From assembly GCF_028368995.1 (NCBI RefSeq), contig NZ_JAQNDL010000005.1:512001-576000 (forward strand): a DNA stretch of 64,000 bases. Reading direction: 5' to 3'. Positions within the stretch are counted from its first letter, which is position 1, and every line of letters begins with the position of its first letter. Under the pieces are notes generated by a model. The model worked only from the letters and a program-made list of their open reading frames with translations, was not told the DNA's origin and searched no databases. Both the position numbers and the translations under genes were made by a program. This document shows, piece after piece, positions 20,155 through 29,407 of this stretch. The stretch comes from Nannocystis bainbridge (lineage in GTDB: Bacteria; Myxococcota_A; Polyangia; Nannocystales; Nannocystaceae).

Positions 20155-20970
20155 GTGGCCATGTCGACCGCGACGGAGGCCCACGTTCTCGAGCGCGACG
20201 GCTGCCCGCTGCACTACTGGCTCACTGGCGACCCCGCCGCGCCGCTGGTCTTCCTGACCCACGGCGCCGGCCTCGACCACGGCCTCTGGCGCGACAACCT
20301 CGCCGCGCTCGGCGAGCGTCACCGCGTGCTCACCTGGGACGTGCGCGGCCATGGCCTGTCGCGGCCGATGGGCGCGCCCTTCACCGTCGACACCGTCATC
20401 GCCGACATGGAGGCCCTGCTCGACGCCGTCGGGGCCACCGATGTCGTGCTCGTCGGCCAGAGCATGGGCGGCAACCTCGCCCAGGAGTTCGTGCGCCGGC
20501 GACCTCACCGCGTGCGCGCCCTCGTGCTCGTCGACTGCGCCTGCAACACCGCCTCGCTCACCCGCGCCGAGCGCCTCGGCGTGTGGCTCACCCCCGCCCT
20601 CCTCAAGCTCTACCCCTACCGCGCCCTCCTGCGGACCAGCGCGCGCTCGATCTCGGCCCACGAACACGTGCGCGCCTACTGTCACGAGGCCATGTCGCGC
20701 CTCGCCAAGCCCGAGCTGCTCGCCATCATGCTCGCGACTCTCGGCTGCATGCGCGACGACCCTGACTACCGGATCTCCCGGCCCTTCATCCTCGTCCGCG
20801 GCGCGCTCAGCCGGGCCGGCTCGATCGCCAAACAAGGCCCCGCGTGGGCCCGACGCGAGCCGCAGTGCCGCGCCGACGTCGTCATCCCCGCGGCCGACCA
20901 TTGCGTCAACATGGACGCCCCCGCAGAGTTCGACGCCGCGGTCCTGCGATTCCTCGCCACCCTCGACTGA
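20155..20970 (+). CDS. Alpha/beta hydrolase
   Basis: HGAG, WDVRGHG, GQSMGG, ADH catalytic His. Confidence 0.93.
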   Translation: MAMSTATEAHVLERDGCPLHYWLTGDPAAPLVFLTHGAGLDHGLWRDNLAALGERHRVLTWDVRGHGLSRPMGAPFTVDTVIADMEALLDAVGATDVVLVGQSMGGNLAQEFVRRRPHRVRALVLVDCACNTASLTRAERLGVWLTPALLKLYPYRALLRTSARSISAHEHVRAYCHEAMSRLAKPELLAIMLATLGCMRDDPDYRISRPFILVRGALSRAGSIAKQGPAWARREPQCRADVVIPAADHCVNMDAPAEFDAAVLRFLATLD

Positions 20971-20990
20971 CCTGCTCCGAAGGACATCGA
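20969..20990. repeat. 14-bp-period repeat (2 units, ccgaag spacer)
   Basis: GACCTGCT-ccgaag-GACATCGA right at the hydrolase stop. Confidence 0.6.
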
Positions 20991-21024
20991 TCAGCCCCTC
21001 GCGCTGGCGTGAAAGCGAAGTCGA

Positions 21025-21799
21025 TCACGGGAGCTCACAGGCGCACTGGCAGACTCCGGGCTCACGGCTGCCATCGCACCAACCATCATAGCCCGTCGGG
21101 TCGTGTTCGCACGGACCGAGGATGAGCTCCGGGCCGAGCGGTCCCTCCCGATGGTAGGCGACCTTCGACCCCTCACAGATGGAGACGCAGCCCTCGCCGT
21201 GGTATTTATAATGCGTGCATCGGTGGATCGTGCGCGCGCCACAACCACCGTCCGGGCAGAACTGGAAGATCTCCGTCCACATGCAGAAATCCCAGGCGTT
21301 CGGGACATGGAGGCTGTTACAGCCGGCCTCGTCATGGAAGGTCGGGCACAGCGCTGCGAGGTCGGACAGCGCGTCAGGCAAACAAGCTCCGACGCCGACG
21401 ACCGGCTCGATGCCGCAGGTGCACGCGTCGTCCTGCCCGGTGCAGACGATCGTGCCTTCCGCGACGGTCGGGTTGCAGAACTCGCCCGCAGCGCAATCGG
21501 CGTCCGTTTGGCAAGCAGGCCGCGGGCAGCCGTGTTCGTCGAATCCCGAGACGTGCGTCCCGCATGGCTTGTCCGTGCAGTCGACCGGAGCAGTGCATGG
21601 CTGACCCGCGACCGGGGGGCAGAGCACAGGTTCGCCAGTGGTGGTGTCGTCGCCGGTCGTGCCGGGGAGGTCACCGGTGCCCACGGTGTCGAAGCAAGAT
21701 GGATCGTCGGCCGTCGTCCGTGGTCGTGGGCGGAGACGCTGGGCCGCAAGCACACGCCCAGATCAGTAAGGAAGGCACGGAGGCTCGCATCCTCGACAT
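21025..21799 (-). pseudogene. Cys-rich lipoprotein with apparent frameshift near 21710
   Basis: Signal/lipobox MRASVPSLLIWACACG is in a different frame from the Thr-linker/Cys-rich body (ORF 21025-21753). Confidence 0.65.
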
Positions 21800-22057
21800 G
21801 TATCACCACGAGGGTCGCCGATCCATACGCCCGATGGGTCTTTGCATGGCCCCCCGTTTCGAAGCAGGCCGCGCTCCTCGGCGGCACGCGCTCGCCTGGC
21901 GGGCGCTCCCGATCGTTCCGATCGGCGCCAAACCCTGCGCGATGTGGGCGCGCAAGCCTGACGCGCGGCGGCGCAGCGGACCCATCGACAGTATCGCGAA
22001 CTGCCACCGCAGAAGCCGCTCGCGCCCGTAGGCCGCGTTCTGCGCTAGCATGTCCGC

Positions 22058-23233
22058 ATGCCTCACCGCGCCGACCTCCCGCCTTCCCGCGCCATCGTGC
22101 CCCGGCGGATGCTCGCCGCGCTCCTGAGCCTCGTCGCATGCGACGGCTCGTCGGGCGACAGCCAGACCGACGGCGCCAGCAGCAGCACCACTACCAGTTC
22201 CACCGGCGACGGCACGACCGGCACCAGCCCCACCAGCGGCGCCGGCACTGGCGACATTCACGGCCCGACCGGCGAATGGGTCTTTCATCCCGTCGCTGGC
22301 ACGATCTGCGCCAACGGCACCCCGACCGGCCTCGGCGTCAATCAGGGCACCGGCGATCGTCTGGTGATCTACATGTCCGGCGGCAGCGCCTGCCTCGACG
22401 CGGGCTGTACGATCGGCACCCCGTCGATGCGCAAGGACGGGGGCTTCGGCGCCGACGAGCTCGCCGCCTGCGTCGCTGGCGATTGCGACGGCAATGTCAC
22501 CTTCCCGGCCGACAGCATCTTCGATCGCGCCGCTGCGGTGAACCCGTTCGCCGACGCCACCTTCGTCTTCATCTCGAACTGCGCCGGTGATTATTACGTC
22601 GGCGACAACGACCACGAGTTCTCGGGCTGGACCGCGCAGTTCCACGGCTCGCGCAACCAGGGCCTGTTCGCCGCCGCGCTCGCCGCCTCGTTCCCCGACG
22701 CCGCGCGCGTGGTCTTGACCGGCGGCAGCGCCGGCTCGGTCGGCGCGACGCTCAACTACTGGCAATGGGTCGAGGCCTTCCCCGGCACCCGGGTCGACCT
22801 CGTCTCCGACTCGTTCGCGCTCGTCTTCGCCGACGGGCCCGAGTGGCGCTACGACCTCCACGCCCCGCAGGTCCCGCCCGGCTGCCCCACCTGCGCCACC
22901 GACTACCGCACGGTCTACGCCTTCAACGCCGGCCTCGCCCCCGGCTCGCGGATCGCCGTGCTCGACTCGGAGAACAACTGGACCCTCGATCTCGCCACCG
23001 GCTATCAATATACACAGGGCCTCGAGGCCCTGCAGCCGCTCCTGGACGACCTGCCCGACCTCCGGTACTACATCGCCAGCGGCAACGTGCACATCCTGAT
23101 GCAGCACCCGCTGGACAGCGCCGCCATCGACGTCGAGCGCGACGGCGAAGCGCCGCAGCGCCTGTCCGATTTCCTCGCGCAGATGCAGGGCGACGATCCC
23201 GCGTGGGCGAGCATGAGCTGCCTCGACCCGTGA
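22058..23233 (+). CDS. Pectin acetylesterase (PAE/Notum-like) family lipoprotein
   Basis: Lipobox LVAC; CANGTPTG, GGSAC, NCAGD, TGGSAG nucleophile elbow. Confidence 0.8.
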   Translation: MPHRADLPPSRAIVPRRMLAALLSLVACDGSSGDSQTDGASSSTTTSSTGDGTTGTSPTSGAGTGDIHGPTGEWVFHPVAGTICANGTPTGLGVNQGTGDRLVIYMSGGSACLDAGCTIGTPSMRKDGGFGADELAACVAGDCDGNVTFPADSIFDRAAAVNPFADATFVFISNCAGDYYVGDNDHEFSGWTAQFHGSRNQGLFAAALAASFPDAARVVLTGGSAGSVGATLNYWQWVEAFPGTRVDLVSDSFALVFADGPEWRYDLHAPQVPPGCPTCATDYRTVYAFNAGLAPGSRIAVLDSENNWTLDLATGYQYTQGLEALQPLLDDLPDLRYYIASGNVHILMQHPLDSAAIDVERDGEAPQRLSDFLAQMQGDDPAWASMSCLDP

Positions 23234-23820
23234 CCGCCGCCCCGAATCGTCGGTGCTACCAATCGGAGGGGGGCCCTCGCGCTCACCACCCTCCCCGACA
23301 CAAATAACCGACCCGCCTCCCAAAGCGATGATTCGCGGCCCAGTGACGACCCGGCTTTCATCGTGCGAGCTGTCAACGAACCGGCCCCGCCTCGCATGTG
23401 TGCCCATGAAGGCCCTCGCCTGGCCTTTCGCCGGGGATTTTCGCCATGAGCCCCGCCGCCCGCCATCCCGAAGCTCCGGCCGGGGGCTGCCCCGATCGGG
23501 CAAACGCCAGCCTTGCGCGAGCAGGCCCCGCCATTCCGGTCTCCCGCTGCCGACGAATCATCTTTCTTCCATATAAGGAAGGTCCTGCGCCTCCGGCCCC
23601 TTCGCACGGCTCCTCGCCAAATAGCCCATGCGCGCCTTCGCGCCCGCGTTTGCGACGTCTGGAGCCACCCCGCAAATGACCGCAAGACCAGCCCGGGCGC
23701 CCATGGCCAGCCATCCGGCGTTCCGTCACCTGCCCTGCCGACGCAACCGCAACCGCTCGATCTCTTGGCAGAAGCTGTATTCTTTTTTCCGGCCGCGCTA
23801 ACTTGGCCGGTGGAGTAGCG

Positions 23821-25602
23821 ATGATTCGTCTGGTATTGCCGCTGAGCGGCTGTCTCCTCCTCGCGGGCTGCCCGTCCGATCCCATCGCCGACCCGACCGA
23901 CGGCGACACGACGACGGCGACCATGAACACCACCGCCGGACCGGGGCCTGGGCCTGGGCCTGGACCTGGCACTACCGGAGACGATTCGCCCACGACCGGC
24001 GAATCGGCCGGTACCACCGAAGACGGTCAATCGACCACCGGGGGCTCGACCACCGGCGGGGTCGAGGAGCCGTTCGAGCCCGCCCCTGGCGGCATGCGGC
24101 GACTGCTGCGGCACCAGTACGTCGGCTCGATCCGCTACCTCCTCGGTGACGCCGCCGCGGGGGCAGCCGTGCCGCCCGAGGATTACTCGCTGCACGGCTT
24201 CGACGCGATCGGGGCCGCAGAGCTGTCGCTGCAAGAAAGCGCGATCGAGCAGCTCGAGACCTCCTCGCGGGCGATCGCCATCGCCGCGGTCGAGGACCGC
24301 AGCACGCTCGGCGGCCACGTCCCGTGCGTGCTCGAGGCCGAGCCCGACGACAGCTGTTTCGGCATCGTCGCCGTCGACCTCGGCCGCCTCGCCTGGCGCC
24401 GCCCGCTGATCGGGGAGGAGGTCGACGCCATGGTCGCCATCGCCAAGCAGGCGCGCGAGTGGGGCGGCGGCGAGTTCGCGACCGGCCTGCAGTACGAGCT
24501 GATGGCGCTGCTGCAATCGCCCTACTTCGTCTACCTCGTCGAGGTCGGCAAGCCCGACCCCGAGGACCCCGCCACGCGTCTCCTGACCTCGTCCGAGCTC
24601 GCCGCGCGCCTCTCCTTCTTCCTGCTCGGGCGCACCCCTGACGCCGAGTTGCTGGCCGCCGCCGAGGCCGACGCGCTCATCACCGACGACGACGTACGCG
24701 CCGCCGCCGAGGCGATGATCGCCCGCCCCGAGGCGCGCGCCACCCTCTCGATCTTCTACTCCGAGCTGTTCCAGCTGCGCGACCTGGCGACCCTCAACAA
24801 GAACAACCAGCTGTTCCCGCAGTTCACCCACGAGCTCGCGTACGCGATGAAGTACGAGACGCTGCGGCTGATCGAGGACATCGTCTGGGACCAGGACACC
24901 GACTTCCGGACCCTGCTGAGCGCCGACTACACCTTCGTCAACCCCGCGCTCGCCTCGCTCTACGGCCTGCCGCCGCCGCGCGGGCAGGGCTTCGCCAAGG
25001 TCCCGCTCGAGGAGGACCACGGCCGCGCCGGTCTCTTGGGACAGGCCAGCTTCCTGGCCCGCTTCGCCCACCCGGCCGAGACCTCGCCGACGCGCCGCGG
25101 CCAGTTCATCCGCACCAAGCTGCTGTGTGAGACCGTCCCGCCGCCGCCGCCCGGCGTCGACGCCAGCCTGCCGCCCGAGAGCCCCAACGAGCCGCAGACG
25201 ATGAAGCAGAAGCTCGTCCAGCACATGGAGGACCCGAGCTGTAACGGCTGCCACGTCCAGCTCGACCCGCTGGGCTTCGCGCTCGAGAACTACGACCCGA
25301 TCGGCGCCTACCGGACCCTCGACAGCGGCCTGCCGATCGACCCCAGCGCCACCATCCCCGACCTCGGCGAGGTCTTCTCCGCCCGCGACATCGCCGACCT
25401 GCTCGTCGAGGACCCGCGCGTCACCGCTTGCATCGTCAAGAACTTCGTCCGCGGCGCGCTCGGCCACCGCGAGGGTCTCGGAGAGATCCACGCGCTCGAC
25501 GACCTCGAGGCCGAGCTCGAGTCCAACGACCACCGCCTGCAGCACCTGCTCGTCGAGCTGGCCGCCAGCCCCGTCTTCCGCGCCGTCGGTGCGCCCAAGT
25601 GA
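23821..25602 (+). CDS. DUF1592/DUF1588/DUF1595-type lipoprotein with CxxCH motif
   Basis: RRLLRHQY, LQSPYFVY, ELAARLSFFL, TSPTRRG, CNGCH..DPLGFALENYDPIG. Confidence 0.92.
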   Translation: MIRLVLPLSGCLLLAGCPSDPIADPTDGDTTTATMNTTAGPGPGPGPGPGTTGDDSPTTGESAGTTEDGQSTTGGSTTGGVEEPFEPAPGGMRRLLRHQYVGSIRYLLGDAAAGAAVPPEDYSLHGFDAIGAAELSLQESAIEQLETSSRAIAIAAVEDRSTLGGHVPCVLEAEPDDSCFGIVAVDLGRLAWRRPLIGEEVDAMVAIAKQAREWGGGEFATGLQYELMALLQSPYFVYLVEVGKPDPEDPATRLLTSSELAARLSFFLLGRTPDAELLAAAEADALITDDDVRAAAEAMIARPEARATLSIFYSELFQLRDLATLNKNNQLFPQFTHELAYAMKYETLRLIEDIVWDQDTDFRTLLSADYTFVNPALASLYGLPPPRGQGFAKVPLEEDHGRAGLLGQASFLARFAHPAETSPTRRGQFIRTKLLCETVPPPPPGVDASLPPESPNEPQTMKQKLVQHMEDPSCNGCHVQLDPLGFALENYDPIGAYRTLDSGLPIDPSATIPDLGEVFSARDIADLLVEDPRVTACIVKNFVRGALGHREGLGEIHALDDLEAELESNDHRLQHLLVELAASPVFRAVGAPK

Positions 25603-25610
25603 GACCCGTC

Positions 25611-26957
25611 ATGAGCAACCGTCGCACCATCCCCCGTCGCACCCTCCTCCGCGGCCTCCTCGGCGGCTCCGCGGCCGTCGTCGGTCTCCCGCTGCTCGAG
25701 GCCATGCTCGATCGCCACGGCGAAGCGCTCGCCGACGGCTCGCCGCTGCCGACCCGGTTCGTCACCTGGTTCTTCGGCAACGGCGTGATCTTGCCGCGCT
25801 TCGAGCCGGCCGCCACCGGCCCCAATTACCCGCTGAGCGACCAGCTGCAGCCGCTCGCCAACGTGCGCGACTACGTCACCGTGCTGACCGGCATGCGCAA
25901 CCGCTGCGAGGTGACCGTCACCCACCACGAGGGCATGACGGCCTTCAACGGCTTCACGATGACCGAGCTGAGCGGCCTGTTCTCCAAGGCCGGCGGCCCG
26001 ACGATCGACCAGCTGATCGCCGCCAAGATCGGCCAGGACACCCCGGTCGCCTCGATCCACCTCGGCGTGTCCAAGCACCTCAGCGTGATGGACTCCGGCA
26101 CCACCATGCACGCCCTCTCGCACAAGGGCCCCAACGAGCCGCAGTACCCGCAGTTCAACCCGCAGCAGGCGTGGACCGACCTGTTCGGCGCGTTCGCCCC
26201 GACGGCCGACGACCGCCCGTTGCGGGCCAGCATCCTCGACGCCGTCCGCGATCAGACCGCCGCGCTGCGGACCCGCCTCGGCAAGCTCGACAACCAGCGG
26301 CTCGACGCCCACCTCGACGGCGTCAGCGCGCTCGAGAAGAAGATCGAGGCCACCGCGCCGCTGTGCGCCCTGCCCGACAAGCCGACCGAGACCAACACCG
26401 ACATCAACGGCGTCGAGCCGATCACCGCCGTCAACGGCGTCATGAGCGACCTGCTGGTGTACGCCTTCCAGTGCGACATCACCCGCGTCGCCAGCATGCT
26501 GTTCCACGGCGGCGCCGCCGAGACGGTCTTCTCCGAGATCGACATCTGGTCCGGCCACCACAACAACTCGCACAACCCCAACTCCGAGGAGCTGCACACC
26601 GGCATCGTCCACATCATGGGCCGCTTCGCCGACCTGCTCGAGCGGTTCAAGGCCTCCGTCGACATCGACGGCAAGAACTTGCTCGACACCTCGATCATCT
26701 ACTGCAGCAGCGACTGCGCCGAGGGCTGGACCCACTCGATCCAGCGCCAGCCGATCATCCTCGCCGGCCACGGCCGCAACAAGCTCATCTACCCCGGAAT
26801 CCACGTGCAGGCCGCCCCGTACCCGATGAGCGACGGTAACATCTCCGACGTCCTGCTGACCTGCCTGCAGGCGTTCGACCCGAGGGCCACGTCGATCGGC
26901 GGCGGCGCGCCGATGTCGACCACACCGATGCCCGCGATCATGGGCACCGACTTCTGA
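25611..26957 (+). CDS. DUF1552 domain protein (Tat-exported)
   Basis: RRTLLRG..LPLLEAM, TIDQLIA, AFQCDITRV, HHNNSH. Confidence 0.92.
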   Translation: MSNRRTIPRRTLLRGLLGGSAAVVGLPLLEAMLDRHGEALADGSPLPTRFVTWFFGNGVILPRFEPAATGPNYPLSDQLQPLANVRDYVTVLTGMRNRCEVTVTHHEGMTAFNGFTMTELSGLFSKAGGPTIDQLIAAKIGQDTPVASIHLGVSKHLSVMDSGTTMHALSHKGPNEPQYPQFNPQQAWTDLFGAFAPTADDRPLRASILDAVRDQTAALRTRLGKLDNQRLDAHLDGVSALEKKIEATAPLCALPDKPTETNTDINGVEPITAVNGVMSDLLVYAFQCDITRVASMLFHGGAAETVFSEIDIWSGHHNNSHNPNSEELHTGIVHIMGRFADLLERFKASVDIDGKNLLDTSIIYCSSDCAEGWTHSIQRQPIILAGHGRNKLIYPGIHVQAAPYPMSDGNISDVLLTCLQAFDPRATSIGGGAPMSTTPMPAIMGTDF

Positions 26958-26984
26958 GCCGCGCGGCTGGGCTCCGCGCCGCGA

Positions 26985-27099
26985 CCTCGTCTTCACGGCC
27001 GCTCCCGCTGCACCACGCAGCAGGAGCGGCCGCTGCCACGTCCTCGTCTTCACGGCCGCTCCCGCTGCGCTCACGCAGCAGGAGCGGCCGCTGCCGCGC
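26985..27099. repeat. Two tandem 57/58-bp units, each a long hairpin (REP/terminator-like)
   Basis: cctcgtcttca-cggccgctcccgctgc-loop-gcagcaggagcggccg-ctgcc twice, between convergent genes. Confidence 0.85.
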
Positions 27100-27102
27100 C
27101 GC

Positions 27103-28923
27103 TCACCCGCACATCCCGCAGCCGAATGACTCGACCTCGGCGACGCACTGCCCGTCCCACTCGACGTTGCAGCAGAACCCGTCCTGCGCGCACACGCAGG
27201 CCGAGACCGCCGCGTCGTCGCACGACGGCGAGTCGTGCGGCGCGCAGCAGCCGGTGTCGACCGGCGGCTCGACGCACATGCCGCAGCCGAGCGTCTCGAC
27301 CTCGGACACGCACAGCTCGTCCCACTCGACGTTGCAGCAGAACGGGTCCTGCGCGCACACGCACGCGCTGATCGCCGGGTCCTCGCACGACGGCGTGTCG
27401 AGCGGCTCGCAGCAGAGGTCTTGCGGCGCGCCGCACGTCCCGCAGGCCTGCGACTCGACCAGCGCCACGCAGGCCTCCGTCCACTGCGTGTCGCAGCAGC
27501 TCGCATCGACCTCGCAGACGCACGCCTGCACCTCGGCGTCGACGCACCCCGGGCCCTCGCCCGCCACGCAGCACTCGCCGGGCTGCGCCTCGCATAACCC
27601 GCAGCCGACCGAGTCGACCAGCTCGACGCAGCTCGCGTCCCACTGCTGCTCGCAGCACGCCGGCGCCTGCGCGCACACGCAGGCCTCGACCGCCGGCTCG
27701 TCGCAGCCGGCCCCCGCGTGGGCCTCGCAGCACAGCCCCTGCTCGACCTGACACGCCCCGCACCCTGCCTGGTCGACCATCGCCACGCACGCGTCGCTCC
27801 ACGGGCCGAAGCAGCAGTCCGGCGCCATGTTGCACACGCACGCCTCGACCAGCGGATCGACGCACCCGGGGGTCGGATTGGCCTCGCAGCACTCGCCCTT
27901 CGGCGGCCCCTCGCAGAAGCCGCAGCCGAACGAGTCGACCGCCGCCACACACTCCGGCCCCCACGCGTCGATGCAGCACGTCCCCTGCAGGCCGCACACG
28001 CACGCCTCGACCCCGGGGTCGAGGCACCCGGGGGTCGGGTTCGCCTCGCAGCACTCGCCCTTCGGCGGCCCCTCGCAGAAGCCGCAGCCGAGCGAATCGA
28101 CCGCCGTCACGCACTCGGGCCCCCACGCCCCGTCGCAGCAGCCGGGCAGCTGCTCGCACACGCAGCTCTCGACCGCGCCGTCGAGGCACCCGCCGCCCGC
28201 GTGCGCCTCGCAGCACTCGCCCTTCGGCGGCTCCTGGCAGGTCCCGCACGCCAGCGTATCGACGGCCGCGACGCACTCCGGCCCCCACACGCCCGCGCAG
28301 CAGTCCGGCAGCTGCGCGCACACACAGCTCTCGACAGGGTCCTCGGTGCAGCCCGGCCCGACGCCGACCTCGCAACACGGACCCTCCGGCGGCGGACACG
28401 AGCCGCACCCGAGCTCGCTCACCAGCGCCACGCAAGCGCTCGTCCACTGCCCCTGACAGCACGAAGCGTCGACCGTGCACACGCACGCCTCGATCGCCGG
28501 ATCGCCGCACAGCAGCGGCTTGCAGCAGGGCGACGGCTCGACCATCGTCGTCTCGCTGGCCGAGCCCGGGCTCGTCGTCTCGGTAGTCTCCGTCGTCGTC
28601 GTCGTCGTCGTCGTCGTCTCCGCCGTCGTCGTCGTCGTCGTCGGCACGGTCGTCGTCGGCTCGCCGGTGGTGGTGCCGGGCTCCGTGGTCGATGTCGAGG
28701 TGCCGGGCTCGGTCGCCGCCGATTCGGACGAACCGTCCGACGCGCCGGTGCTCCCTGTCGACTGCGTCGCGTCGTCGGAGCAGGCGGAGAACAGCGGAGA
28801 GAATGCGACGAGCGCGAGGGTGAGCGAAGCAAAACTACGCAAGCGAAGGCTCCTGAACGCGGAGGACGGCGCCGCCGCCGTCGCGCCGCAGCATCGCAGC
28901 GCGCAGGGCAACACCATGGTCAC
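27103..28923 (-). CDS. Lipoprotein with nine ~53-aa repeats of 10 Cys each
   Basis: Lipobox FSAC, poly-Thr linker, CC..GC.D..VE.CVC...CC...W...CV..V...CG.C x9; start codon uncertain. Confidence 0.85.
   Translation of the reverse strand: MTMVLPCALRCCGATAAAPSSAFRSLRLRSFASLTLALVAFSPLFSACSDDATQSTGSTGASDGSSESAATEPGTSTSTTEPGTTTGEPTTTVPTTTTTTAETTTTTTTTTETTETTSPGSASETTMVEPSPCCKPLLCGDPAIEACVCTVDASCCQGQWTSACVALVSELGCGSCPPPEGPCCEVGVGPGCTEDPVESCVCAQLPDCCAGVWGPECVAAVDTLACGTCQEPPKGECCEAHAGGGCLDGAVESCVCEQLPGCCDGAWGPECVTAVDSLGCGFCEGPPKGECCEANPTPGCLDPGVEACVCGLQGTCCIDAWGPECVAAVDSFGCGFCEGPPKGECCEANPTPGCVDPLVEACVCNMAPDCCFGPWSDACVAMVDQAGCGACQVEQGLCCEAHAGAGCDEPAVEACVCAQAPACCEQQWDASCVELVDSVGCGLCEAQPGECCVAGEGPGCVDAEVQACVCEVDASCCDTQWTEACVALVESQACGTCGAPQDLCCEPLDTPSCEDPAISACVCAQDPFCCNVEWDELCVSEVETLGCGMCVEPPVDTGCCAPHDSPSCDDAAVSACVCAQDGFCCNVEWDGQCVAEVESFGCGMCG
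28591..28642. repeat. (GTC)n trinucleotide tract encoding poly-Thr
   Basis: Two runs of gtc repeats inside the Cys-rich gene. Confidence 0.8.
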
Positions 28924-29407
28924 CTATACACGAGGACCGCCCCGCATTTTACGGTTCTCGAATCCGCCATGCATCCGGCCCCGCTGCCCGACCAAGTCCC
29001 GCTCTCAGCAATGTGAGATCGCACTCGGCCTCGACCCACCCTGATTCCGCAGTCTGCCCGTCTTCCCATGCGGACCCAAGCCAATCGGATTTCTGCTTCA
29101 AACTGCTCGGACCGATGCCGGCGAATCCTTCATGAATGCTCCCGGCGCGCATCCGACCCGATGCCGACGGGCGAGCGCTCCGCCCCTCGTCGGGCTCGCC
29201 GCACGAGATCGCTGTCGACCCCCAATGATGCGACCGACGAATCGCCTCCGGATCGATGGCACCTCGGCGCGCATACGCAGCGCCTCCGACGAACCGCCGA
29301 TTGCGGAAGACGTCGCCGCCGCCCCGCGCCCCCGCACAGCACCGACGAATCGCCGACTCCGAGGAACTCGCAATCGACGCTTCCCCGCGCGCCGCGGAAT
29401 CACCGCC

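Noticed and set aside
20145-20160. Sigma-54 promoter (TGGCAC..TGGC)
   Set aside because: Imperfect -12 element that overlaps the start codon region.
18319-20970. Secondary-metabolite cluster around the P450
   Set aside because: No PKS, NRPS, terpene or RiPP core gene is visible nearby.
29230-29365. Degenerate mini-CRISPR
   Set aside because: The shared motif is only 13-16 nt with three copies and no cas or leader evidence.
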